In this document: one piece after another, positions 38,802 through 55,292 of the stretch | Layout of the letters: each line of letters begins with the position of its first letter | How positions within the stretch are numbered: the first letter of the stretch is position 1 | Source of the DNA: Tubiluchus corallicola | Taxonomy: Eukaryota; Animalia; Priapulida | Assembly: GCA_030141605.1 (NCBI GenBank) | Contig: JAQGDQ010000005.1 | Span: 62,001 to 126,000, forward strand | Direction of reading: 5' to 3' | Length of the DNA: 64,000 bases | Made by a program: the position numbers and the translations under genes | The notes under the pieces: model-generated | The model's database searches: none | The model's input: the letters and a program-made list of their open reading frames with translations, nothing else | What the model was told of the DNA's origin: nothing

Positions 38802-41800
38802 TCTAGTCTTTATTAATTAATAATTAATAAAGATTAAAATGGATGCAAAAATAGCGACCTGCTTGATCCTTAGAAGCAACGAAAAAGAAAAATTTGCAAG
38901 TAGAAGACTTCTCCTCGTATGTACAAATGCATGACAAAAAGAGGTAACAGAAATATATAATCAGCTTTTTCTAAAAAGGAACGTGTATTCTTCCAAGCGT
39001 GAAAAACTTAAAAAAATTTCTTGCTGCGAATTATAGATCGATAACGTAAGGTACCATAGCTTGTTAAATGTTTACACCTTTCATTAAAATTCTGTCCACA
39101 AGTCTGCCTAGCTAAAAGCGTTTAATGCGGTTTATTTTGAAAAACGAGAGCATCTAGGCTGAAAAGACTATCAAAAATGCTATGTTATGTTAACCATCAA
39201 TAATATTGAGTACGTTTCATTTTGCATCATTTCATTTTTACTTGCAGACAAAAACCACTGTATGAACAGCCTCTGTCGTGTGCGCATTGGCTTACACACC
39301 ACTCTAAACTAAATTGACTGCGTACGCCCTACAGGTTTTTGCGCAAAATTTTTGCAAAATAAATTTGATGAAAGCTTTTTCATTACGAAGCCATACTATA
39401 TATTGTATATGGTAGATGATAGTGGCGAAGCCCTTGCTTTAGAGTTATAAAAGTTACATTTCACTTGATTTGAATGTTTCGTGAAATAACGTCATGCTGT
39501 CTTTACTTACTCTCTCATTTTATTTTTCCTCTCCAGTGCCGTTAACGCGCAACAGTTTCTAATCAGGTTACCATTTTGACATAAACTCATTTTGATAAAG
39601 ATAAAAATCGTGGTGATTTTTTGCCTGAATTCGCTTGTCTGCATCATTAACTTACAGAACTTCAGCTGTGAAAATTGTTTGGTGTCAATAATCTGCATAT
39701 GGCGGAATAAAATGGAAGAATAAGCTTATTCTGTGAATGTTCTATAGCAAAAATATCCGTTTTGAGTGCTAACACCCAGTAAAAATTTATCTACTGATTT
39801 ATGCAGAGACGAAATTTCCTAATGAATTATCGAAGTTTGACAGATGACGTTACAAGTTCTTCTTCTTCTTCTTTTCCAGAAAAGGCAAGTTGTGTGTGCA
39901 CAAACTTGCACTTGCTCTTTAAATAATCAGTTATAGCCGATACGATAGTGCTTTTTTCAGTAATGAGTGAGCTAAAAAAATACAATGCTTAATTAATTAC
40001 ATGATTTTACTTAACACATTAATACGTACTACACTGAATTTTATTTTAGCAAGCCCATCCTTCTATAGTAAATAATTGTTGGCGAATTTTTTGTTCCTTA
40101 AACGCAGTTTTTTATTCAATTTCAAACTGATGTCGTAAAGTTTATCATCCTGCTTCGTTGTTCGACGCGTTAATAGATGGCGGCAGTAAACAATCAATGG
40201 TAGTGTGTCTTTATAATACCGGTAATACCTTTCAGTCGTACAGCAGGCAGGATACATGGCAATTAAAATGAAACCACTTGAAAAATCAACTAGCAGATTT
40301 TTTGCTGGAATGACATAAAATACTTTTATGACAGCTTCAATTTACGAAATTGAGAAATAAACTAAACCTTATATAATAATACTGATGTTGAAAACTTCCC
40401 AACTTCATGGATGAATAATTCTTATAAAAGAAACTCAAAGGAACAGAAAAGCGTTTCAATGTCTTAAAAAGGAAATGCAATCATGATACTACAACATATG
40501 CTTTAACCGTAGATTTTTGCTTTAAAGCAAGGCAAGACTTAAGATCTACTAAAGTTGCTATTCCTGATATTTTGTCGTTGTTGCAAGTAGCGTTCGTATT
40601 ATGCAAAAGCGTAGATGTCAGACTTCTCTTTTGTGATAATGACACGAAGTCTAATGCACGGTTGATACCTAGTGCCTACCATATTCTTGTTGACACGAAT
40701 ATACCGTCGTTTTGAGTGCGAACAAGAAAATACTATTACCAGCGTATGCGGCAAAATAAGTGATGAATTATCTTCGCGGTACGTAACACATAGCAGCTTC
40801 TGATAACTGGAAAGTGTAGTCCTAGTTTCTCTAATTGACTGTTGAATGAGCTGGTGTATATAGGTTTGTGAATGCAAAATTAATAACACAGGCAGTCTAA
40901 ATTAATGGTTCAGCTGAAACTGTATGACTCTTGCGCGTAGGCTTCAAACTAGAATAAGTAGACAAGTTGCGAAGAACTGTTAAACTGCGCTGAATATCTT
41001 CCCGACTGGGTTATATAGGACACAATGGTGTAAAAGCTCTAAAGATATTATGACAGGAAGTGTGATAAAAATTCTCAATTAATATATTATGATTCGAAAA
41101 CGCCCTATGGCTAATAATTCAAATACAGAATGCTATTGGGCACTGAATTGTTTCATTTTAGCTAACCTGAAAGTGAAACGATTTTAGACGTATTCAGTAT
41201 TCACAGCATGGCTAATTGGCTATGGTATACATTCGCCATTCATTAGTAACCAACGCCAACGCAATAGCAATTCCGCAAAACACGTTGGGCCGTTGACGGA
41301 GAATATTCTTACAGTTGTGTTAGCTTCATTTAGTTCCGTCTTGTAAGTGGCGACATCCTCGTTGGCAACACCTTGGTATAACTTTCTATAAAAATTTAGT
41401 GCCTTTTACAGTTAAGGGAAAGCTAGCGACTCTGCGATCAGGGTCGATACATAAGAGAAAAGACAACTTAAATCATGCACGCATCAGTTTAGTACAATTT
41501 TTGCACAATGATCCAACTTTCGATTGTGTGATAAAAGTAAATAATAAGGCACAATTTTTTTTATTTTTAAACAATATTTCAATTAACGTACTCAAAAAAC
41601 ACTGATAAATACGAGGGGAAGATGATACCTTTTCTATCATAATTATCTTCACGTAATAGCATAGTCCTGAAAAATTCATGTTTTCATTAATTTTTTGTAC
41701 GAAAGAGGTGTTAATGCAACAGGGACATTTGTAATCTTGCACTACGAAGCCTGCGCATTAAACACCTTTCCTGCTTTTTCAGGTTGTATATTACTGCATC

Positions 41801-41906
41801 GCTGTTACAATGTGACACAGAGCAAGATTAAAAGACTACTGCTAATGGACCTGTATGTGTAACTACGTCTTTCATATATTTCCCGTGCCAAGTAAGAAAC
41901 GTCGCT

Positions 41907-42918
41907 ATGAATACAGATATACTGGAGAAATATTTCAACACGTTGACGGTCAATGCAGAGTCTGTGGACACGGGGGAGGAGGCTGACGATGAACAAGAGG
42001 AGACGCCCTTCTCACCCACAGCGAATAGGTACACGCCGCCCCCGGTGGAGCTTGGAATACCTGACTCGCTGACAGCGAAATGCTTCAGCTCTCGTTTAGC
42101 GGAAAGTCGAGAGCCGCCTACGAGGAAAGCGAATTCGTTCAGGGAACGGCGCAGCAGACCTAAACATTTAGACGCGTTACGCAAAGCGCACAACAGGAGG
42201 CCACCGCGTAGTGCATCTCTCGAGGACGCAAAGAAAGTACAAAAACTTGAGTCACCTAAATCATCAAAATACATTATTCGCGAGGGTCGTGTCGTACAGA
42301 ATACAGTGACAAGTGGGCAACGTAGTCCTAGTGCTCATGGTAGCATCGTCAGTCCACGTGGTACCCATGCACCATTCAGTCCATTTGCGGTTCATAGTAA
42401 CCCTCACAGTCCTGTGGAGGCGTCTCATCACCGCTCTCACAGCTTCAAGTTAGGTAAGAAAAACACAAGCTGCATTAGCGTCATGCTGCAGGACCAGTTC
42501 CTGGATGGGAGTGATTTCCGACCGAGGACGTCAAGTTGTCCAACACGTACGCGTCCGAGATATCACGGATTACACCCCTCTTCGGCAGAGGAGAACAATG
42601 ATGACATTTACAGGGTGCGTTGCTTTACAGTTTCCTCTAAGGGAGAAGTGATGAAACGTATTGACTCGATGAGGGCCAGGAGTAACCGAAGCATTAACAG
42701 TGCCCACAGTAGTTCCAGTGTTGGAAGTTCGAACCATAAGGAGTGTGCTGGGACCTCACCAGGATTCAACAGTCGGGCCAGCACCCCACATTCAGAGCAG
42801 GGGGACCCGAGTGGGCGCGGGTTAATTGTCACCTTCATCCTAGGTTATCCGGGAGTCGGAAAGACGTCATTAGTGAATCAGTTCATGACATCGGATTACA
42901 TGAATGCGTACGAATCAG
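41907..42918 (+). CDS. RGK-family (Rad/Gem/Rem-like) small GTPase, first coding exon; remaining exons not found in window
   Basis: Long Ser/Arg-rich N-terminus, RVRCFTVSSKGEVMKRIDSMR (invertebrate RGK N-terminal motif), P-loop ILGYPGVGKTSLVNQFMTSDYMNAY, donor TCA G|gtaagg; upstream acceptor ttttcag at 41782 implies a spliced 5' UTR. Confidence 0.85.
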
Positions 42919-43651
42919 GTAAGGTATTACTACCTAGCGTTTGTTTGTCGTTCTAATGTAATGTAGGTTGCTGTGCGGATGTAGATATGTATTACTTATG
43001 AAGCCCTCTCGCTAATACGACAGCTGCACTACACCAGCTCATCTCATTTGTCTGCTTGTAATTATGGTTTTACGACTGTCAGCCAATTAGCAAGGCTAAA
43101 TTCATACGAGCTTATTCAGGACAGCTTACGTACTCACTTATTTTCTGTATAGTGAGGAACTGAGCTTTTACCATATATTCATCCCCATGGGTAAGTATCC
43201 CACACAATACAATCTAATCGTCATCAACGCTCCCAGTTAAGGATTTTGTTTACAATAGCTAAAACGAAGTGCACAGATCACGAATGAGTAACTCACATAA
43301 TTATGGCTTCTACTGTAAACAATGCCCAGTGGTTACCTAGGAAATGAAGTTTATCTCTATGTTTATCTATTGACATGTGGGCTTCATTAGAATGACGCAT
43401 TTGTAATTACGGATGTGCTTGTAATGTGTAAGAGACGATAGCTATTTAGGCAGGTGTCTTAAATGTGTAATTAGGCAACATACATAGACAAGTAGAACAG
43501 TGGATATTACAGCTGTATGACATTTTTTACGTTATTGTTATGTTGGACGATTACTGCTTTTGAAACCATTATTTTCATAAAATCAAAACCTTTCTTCCGG
43601 TTTTTATTTCTCATATGTAGAACTTATGTTTAGTTTTCCAGATCCGTCCAT

Positions 43652-43652
43652 C

Positions 43653-43712
<60 letters not shown>

Positions 43713-44093
43713 CTCTCTCTCTCTTTCTGTTTCTCTCTAATGCATTCTCTCGCCAGTTTTTTCCTCTTCTGTCTCTATGACTGTGGATGTTTTCGTTTCT
43801 TCTTTTTCTCTTTAAAGTTCCTGAATCCGTTTTTTTTCATCTGTGCTTCTCCTCTGCCCATTTTTTCCTCTCTTCGTTTACCCATTCCCGGTGTCTCCTT
43901 TCCCTCTGCATTTCTATTTTGTCTCCTTTCTCTTTCTGTAGTTTTTTCTCTCTTTCACTCTTTCCACCCCTTCTTCCATCCACTCACTCTCTCCCCTCTC
44001 GCCACCATCTTTCTCGCCCCCTCTCTGTCTTTCTTTCCACTTTCTTTCAACTCACTCTCTCTCCCTCTTTCTCTCTCCCTCCCTCTCTCTTTC

Positions 44094-44124
<31 letters not shown>

Positions 44125-44160
44125 CTCTGCCTTTCTCAATCTCTTTCTTTCTCTTTCTGC
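43652..44160. repeat. (CT)n and polypyrimidine low-complexity tract
   Basis: about 500 bp strongly C/T-biased with pure (CT)n at the start. Confidence 0.9.
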
Positions 44161-45559
44161 ATTAGCTGCAAAAACATCATGATAAGTTTGCTAATGCTAT
44201 TTACGCAAAACGTTTTTTCAAAGTTACTTTTCTGATAATACTATCCCTTTCCCCAAAGAAATGCTTTAAGTATCAAATCCCCTTAGATCCCCTTAATACA
44301 CAAAGTACTGTGAACAAAGTGAAAGTAATTTTAAAAAAGCTTTATCATTTTAGTGGATGCTGGATTAGTCACCAAATTGTTGCGACTTATGGCAAACTAG
44401 CTTTTGCTGTAACGATTTTCCTTGTTTTTCTCTTTATGTATATAAAATGCAATGTAAAACTAACACTGTTGCTAGGCAATGAAAAGTTTATTTTACTGCG
44501 TCGAAACTGCTGCAGGTGGTGTGAGAAAAAGGTGGACAGAGTCATCTGACATCTAACAGCGGCTGCTGATGGTGACATTTAAGTATGAGGGAAATAAAAA
44601 AACAGTAATTACACAAACAACTAGTAAACGTTTTTGACTTTGTCAAAAACTGTGGTAAGGTTCTACTTTTGTGACAGGAGATACTTTATGTGACAGCTTT
44701 TGTTTTTCACATAAAAGTGTTTTCCAAAATAGTTAACACCATGTACGTGAGTGCCGTTTCCTGACATTAAAGGTGTACTTGACATAAAATGCTTTAAAGG
44801 AATCGGAACTAGACACTTTTTCACCATTGGCTCGTAACTCTATGTCTGAAGGGCATAATATTGCCTTCGCTGAATTCGACATGTTCGCTTGCTTAGGAAT
44901 TGCACTTTGTTTTAGTAAATTCAAAACAATAATTTTTTGACAGGTGACCAGTCATCAAACTAATTGTTAATTAAGACTTGCGTTGCTTTTCTTCGCAAAC
45001 ACATAAGTATTTCCTTTCCCAGCTGACAGTGAGTTTCAGAAAGTTGAAGAATAATAATTAATTTTACTATCAATAGCATTTTAACATTAGCACATTCAAA
45101 TCAATTTCAAGGAAAATACAAATTAATATAGTTTTGTAGAAACTAGATGAACCTGAAAGAAGTATTTTGCACAATGTCCAAACAGTGTGAACCAAATAAA
45201 GGATATGAAAAGGCGAAACAGAAATCGTAGAGAGAGATTCGAACCCATAATTTTTTCTAAGATCGCCTGCGTTGTGCAAAAGAGGGTGAGGGTTACTTGG
45301 GAAGCGTGCTCTGTGAATTTCGTGACCCTAGAACAAGAAATACTACAAATGCAGTCATATTTGCGAAACGATATGACCGCTAAAGTTTATAATTCCCAGT
45401 TAATTGTAAATTTACAATTCCCAGATAGATTTTGTGGGGAAAACTGTAAGCTTCATTCGGAAAAAAATGGATTAAAAATAATAATAAATGGTTGATTTCT
45501 AAGAAGATTCTGCTATGAAAACAACAAAACAGAGAAGGAGTCCTTCTCATACATATCGA

Positions 45560-49450
<3,891 letters not shown>

Positions 49451-51829
49451 TGTGCACCTGTCGATGGGGTACAATTTTGTAATGGGGTATTGTAAACTCC
49501 TTCCCATATTACATACTCGGTTGCCAAGATACGAACAGTTTCTACCCGCGCTAGATTACGAAATTTTCTATTATAAATGAGTAGGAATCAGATGTCATTT
49601 CCCATGTTTTGTCAGTCTGCTTTGAGGTGAGGAAGAGAGAGGTGAAGGACTGCCCACCCTGAATTTTTTTCATTCACCAAATTGGTTCTGGCTGTTTGGA
49701 TCGTTGTGGATAAATCCGAATACGGTTCAGTGTTTTTATATTATAAAATTTTTAATAATAATAATATCTTGATAATAGTACAGATTCCGATTCGGCCGCA
49801 ATCATACATAGTTGGCCTGCCATTGAGTGCTGGAATCCGGCTTGAAAATGATTTGAAAAATCTACAATTTTCAAAAAATCCCCAAAACAGCATTGACATG
49901 ATGATGTTTGTCATTAAAATTAAATCCTTGGAATATTCTTTCTATGCGCTTTTAATGGTGTTAAGTTTGAAACAGTAACAAGTATTAGTTACTTGTTAGT
50001 GTACAAGTATGCAGTTTCCTGTTTTAATATGCATTTCGAAATAGCCATTTTAATCTTTACCTTGTATCTGCAGCTAGTAACTTTTAAGCTTGATAATGTA
50101 TTAATTTATAATCCTTGCTATTCTGTCTACTGTTTCTTGGATGAATGAATGAATCAACGAGCGAAGCGAACAAACAAACGAACGAGTTACTGCATGCACA
50201 ACAAGATGGGTTTTAACTTCGCGCTTAATTTCCTGAAAATGCATAAACTTCGCGTAATGCTGCTGAAGCCACAAATGGAGGAAGGATACATTAAAGTGAG
50301 GTTGTTGCCTTGGGGAAGACGTATAGCTGTGCTTGCATCAGGTGCTCTATGATTAGTAGCATTCCATAATACATTTACTATTATAAGTTCGAAATTACAT
50401 GTCAACGTTAGTTAAAGAATGAAGCTTGTGTGTCTACAGCGTCTAAGTGCAGCTTCGCAGTGTCCAGCTTTAGAAAATGCATGCAAATTTCTATAAATGT
50501 AACGTTTTCATTCGACGACATTCCAGAAAAATGCAGTTTTAAATTCATAAGTACTTGAGTAATCCTATTATAAATGCTGACAGCTAGGAGTCTTCAAGGA
50601 GAAAATTCGACTATTGTCCATGTCACTGAATTAATAAATGTTGTCATGTAATGCTGGATGCCTTGAAAGGTCTTAGGGATTCTTATTGGCTTAGAGGTAG
50701 CGACACGCGTGTAATTTTATTTGAAATTAACTGACTGCACATTCAGCGCACAATTAGATGGAATTGTCTTGAAAAACTAAAGAAGTAGTTCCACTGAGTA
50801 CTGCAAAATCTCGCAGAAATCCATTTTACATAATAATGTATTCAGCGTGACTATTTATATTTTGTTAATATAGTTGTGCACATTATCGCAGATTATCTTA
50901 TGACTCACAATGTAAGGCAATTTATTTTTCTTTGGAGCGTAACGTGCATTACGTGGACACTAGCTCTTTCCAAGCACATGGTTCTCTGGCTTCGTGTGTA
51001 CAAACATAGAACTTCGCCGTAGTGTAAATACTGCTGAGTACCAAATATACACAGTGCCACATGCAGTGTTCATCAAACGTTGTTTATGTGCTAGTATAGG
51101 TTTCCCTAGACATCTCAAATTAAATTTATCAACGGCATCCTGTTCACATTGATTGAAACCGTGGTTAGTGAGAATAGGTCTAAGTATGTACATATCAAGA
51201 TCACCAAATACTGATAGAATCTCCGAAGAGTTCCAACTAGACGTCAAAATTAACTTTCTTTTCAAGTGTATATTATTACGCCTTTTTCCAAACATGTGTA
51301 AATTTCGTGCATGGCGTATGTAACAGCTAATTACTAAGTCCTGAGAAACAGAAAATTGATTTCAGTAGGTTTGTTTTCTTAAACCAGCGCTCATTATTTC
51401 ACCATCGATCTTATTGTGTTTTTCAACAACAACACCCGGTTGGAAACACTGTGTGGATTATGCACTAAGAAGCATGTACATGTAATTAGATGTCTGGGAA
51501 ATTTTACAGAAGATTAATTTTTCTAGTTATTAGAAACCAAGCGTGGTTTATAATTAATATCGATGAGTGCAGTAACTTCGTATTAAGTTTTACCTTTTCT
51601 AGAATACTGCTATGAATAATCAATAATCCATAGCTTTATCAAAGAAAAGGGATTCAAGAAAGTACATTGTTTTTAAAATCATTATTAACTTTTGTCAATA
51701 TTATGATGTTTAATTCAAACTGGCGTCAAAACAAACTGATATGTACGAAGATTTACCGTATTTAGCTAGACTGCTTGACTGATTAGCTAGTTGACTGACT
51801 AACTTATACACTGATTGATTACAAGCAGC

Positions 51830-51902
51830 CTGACTGACTGACTGACTGACTGACTGACTGACTAACTGACTGACTGACTGATTGACTGACTGACTAACTG
51901 AT
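51830..51902. repeat. (GACT)n tetranucleotide microsatellite
   Basis: directly visible. Confidence 0.95.
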
Positions 51903-52709
51903 TATTTTTTATATAGCGCAATGCTAAAATGAAAATTGAATTGACTTTGATGAATGAATGATGAACGAATGAGGGAATCACCAAATCTCTGATTGATTGC
52001 TCATGCTTAGGGGGCAAAATTAAAGTTCGTCGAATCTATATCACATCATGCGGTGAGACTTCTCTTTTTTTCTAGATAGCACGAAATGTTAATTGTGAAA
52101 AATGAACTATATGTCAGGTTCTAAATTTTTTCACTCAGATTAATTGCTCTTAGCGAACAGAATACTAAACATCATTGGGAATTTACCACCTGTAAGTCTC
52201 CAGCTCTAACAATTTGAGAATGGTGAAAAATTGATTTTCGTTTATACAATCAAGAAATTCTTGTGCAGCGCGTAAATCAAAATTTTCTCCTCAGAGCTTT
52301 AGTGTGGATATTTTGTTGAATTTCTGCAATTAAACGCTGGCAAGCGTTAATTTACGGCCACGCACTTTAGTAATGAAAGACATGACTGTTTTGTAGATGA
52401 ATAGCGAGTTTAATACAAATAAAAGCCATCGCACAGGTCGCTGAATGTTAATGTTTTACGAAACTAAATTTAACTGTTCTTAATGATTAATAAATGCGGC
52501 ATATTCAGTTAAATGCAACTTAGCTGTTCAAATTACTTCGGCCTATTTATTTTACTTACACCAATTGAAGGGTTACTTTTACCCCTATTTAGAGCTATTG
52601 ATATAATAAGGGCCACTAAACTACAACAAACTATTATAAAATAGTTTCTCAATTAACGGCTTTTAAGTTGTGTAACTTATATAAATGACTGACTGCGTAC
52701 ATTGTGTCT

Positions 52710-52858
52710 ATTGTAGACGTATTGTCTGATATTGGGTAGGCAGAATTCTGGAAAAAAAGGAAATCTGCCCTCAAGACAGGTAAATACAGCAGTAATAAAG
52801 TAAAAAAACTAGACATTACTATGCCAGTGGCTTGTCAGCACCAAATCCGAGCGCTGTT

Positions 52859-52911
<53 letters not shown>

Positions 52912-53060
52912 TATCATACGCCCGTCACGTTTATTGTAGACATTGGGCAGGCAGAATTCTAAAATAAAAGAAATCTGCCTTCAGACAGGTAAACGCAGCA
53001 GAAATCCAGCAAAAAAAACTATACACTGCTACGCCAGTGGCTTGTCAGCACCACTTCCGA
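52710..53060. repeat. direct duplication (~130 bp) separated by (ATC)n
   Basis: ATTGGG(T/C)AGGCAGAATTCT...GCCAGTGGCTTGTCAGCACCA..TCCGA occurs twice around (ATC)n at 52858-52917. Confidence 0.85.
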
Positions 53061-55085
53061 AAAAGCACCGCTTTCGCTACCAGCTTTAACAGTATGGAAA
53101 ACCTCCTGCTCTGGAGCTATCTCTGATGATGAATATGGTATAATTTGGTACAATGGTAAGCCGCTGATAAATCGCAGCAATAACCAGTAAACAAAGCTAA
53201 CGCGCAGTCATCGCCTAAGTCATTTCTCAGGAAAGTCTTTTTATTACCTGACAGCCTTACAAAATGGATATTTCAACTAAACCTTAATTCTTCATTACGC
53301 AAGTAATTTCAGCCAACTGTAACACTTCACGTCACTAGCTAAACGTTAGCGCTCAGTATTATTATAAAAAATTTGGTAAGACGCTTATACCAGTTTATTA
53401 TGGTTATTTTTATTTGTATACATTTGTCTGTTTTAACATCGTAACAATCTTCTTTTGAATTTTCATTTCTAAATAACGGTCTTTGGGAACATCAAATCAA
53501 ATAAAAAACACAAGTATTTCAGTCGCACGCCATGAAATTGTTGTTGCGTTATTTACGCTAAACTGTAAAAATTAAATTACACGTGTAGGTGATCATCATG
53601 TAAGAAATTTGAATTCCATAGTCTATTATTTAAATGAAGTTTTTTTAAGAAAATACACTTTATGTAAAGATAATACACTTTATGTAAAGAATCATCGGAT
53701 TTTTCTGGTAAATTACGTCTTCCCAACAAAAACCGTCTCACAACGTTCTGGATAAAATTATAGTGTTTGAGCAAAATCACTGCTTTCTGAGAAAAACTGA
53801 GTGTTTCTAAAAAGTTTTTATTTTTACGGGAAGTTTTGTACAGTAAGCGCCCTGCCCTGCAAAGCATCTGATGTTGATACTTCCATTTTCTCGACGCAGT
53901 TCTGAATAAAACTTACTACCCGAGGATACATAGGAAAGGGATAACGTTTCATTAAAATTTTATATTTACCTTGCAGTTCTGACATTCAGCACTCATAATA
54001 TCAGTTACTACAGATGGAAGTTGACTTTACGATCCACGAGAGTGATCGTCTTTCTTAATTTGCCACTGCTCGTTTCAACACTTCGTGAAGAGGTGATTGC
54101 TTTTTTAATGTGCTCTTGCTCTGTTCAGATAACCTGTGGATCTACCACGTTCTCAATAGCCAGAACATTTTAATGTTCATGCTGCAAAAGCCTAATGTTT
54201 CCTTGCAAAACACAAGCTCGGCACTGAGTATCTTTAGAAAGTAAAAGAAAAACATTTTTAATGTGCAGGGAATTATTATCTTCACTTCAATAAATAAATA
54301 TTGGCGCACTGAGTGACACAGTTATATATAAAGAGGATTTAGGCAGTAAAGACAAGAATAATATAGATAACGATCTGGTCAAAGTAAAGACAAAGTCTCT
54401 GGGAAACAAAACAGAGTAGAAAAAGTTAAAATCTACAGCAGTGTTTCTTTTGGAACACAGTTTAGACAAAAGCTGAGTATCAACCGTCACAGTTTCTAGA
54501 AAAATATTAAAAATGAAAATGCGAAGTTTTTTACTAACAAAAATGTGGAAATGTGACATCGACAAGGAAACCTTGATCCCGTCATATAAACAAGCATTTA
54601 ATGGCGAACAGTAAAGTTAATTAGGATGCTAATTTTGCCTTGTAACTACAGGGAGGAAGCCGATGCATTCGCGCAGTGTGTGGTGCCTGTGTTACTGCTG
54701 AGAGTATGTGTTGCTGCAGAGTGTTGAAGACGGCTGGTTACACAACCACGTGAAGTATAGCAATTGTCAATATTCGCAAATGGATACATGACAACAAATA
54801 TATGGCCACTTTTGTATCCACCAGCGTCAAGCGAGCTCGACTATTTTTGCGGAGCTCTGTGTGAAGCGGTAATAACTCGTGAGATTATTGTTAGCAAATC
54901 TTGAGAGAGACGAAATTACAGAGTTTTGCTTCAGGGACGTTGTAACGAGCTATATTAAAAGGAAGCAAACCAATCCAGCTATAATAAATCGTGAAACTCA
55001 AAACTAAAGGGTTTAGATAGTGAAAATTATTTTATAAAATAATATAATTTAATAGTGTCTACTCTGATATACTGGCTTAATACTT

Positions 55086-55086
<1 letters not shown>

Positions 55087-55179
<93 letters not shown>

Positions 55180-55292
55180 GTAATAATAATAATAATCTAT
55201 ATTTAAAGTCGGCTTTTTGGATGAGCAATTAACATAAGCTCCAAAGAGCTTTTGGACCGACTTTAAATAACAAACTAAAGCTACATAACAGA
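55087..55292 (-). mobile_element. retroposon 3' end with (ATT)n tail
   Basis: Reverse complement of 37905-38088 (AGTCGGTCCAAAAGCTC...AAAAAGCCGACTTTAAATATAGATTATT). Confidence 0.7.

Noticed and set aside
41828-42274. 148-aa antisense ORF over the RGK exon (also 42608-42838)
   Set aside because: These are shadow ORFs of a GC-richer coding exon with no independent support.
53978-54095. Possible second RGK exon after a TTGCAG acceptor
   Set aside because: The phase-compatible frame is open but shows no GTPase switch or G3 similarity.
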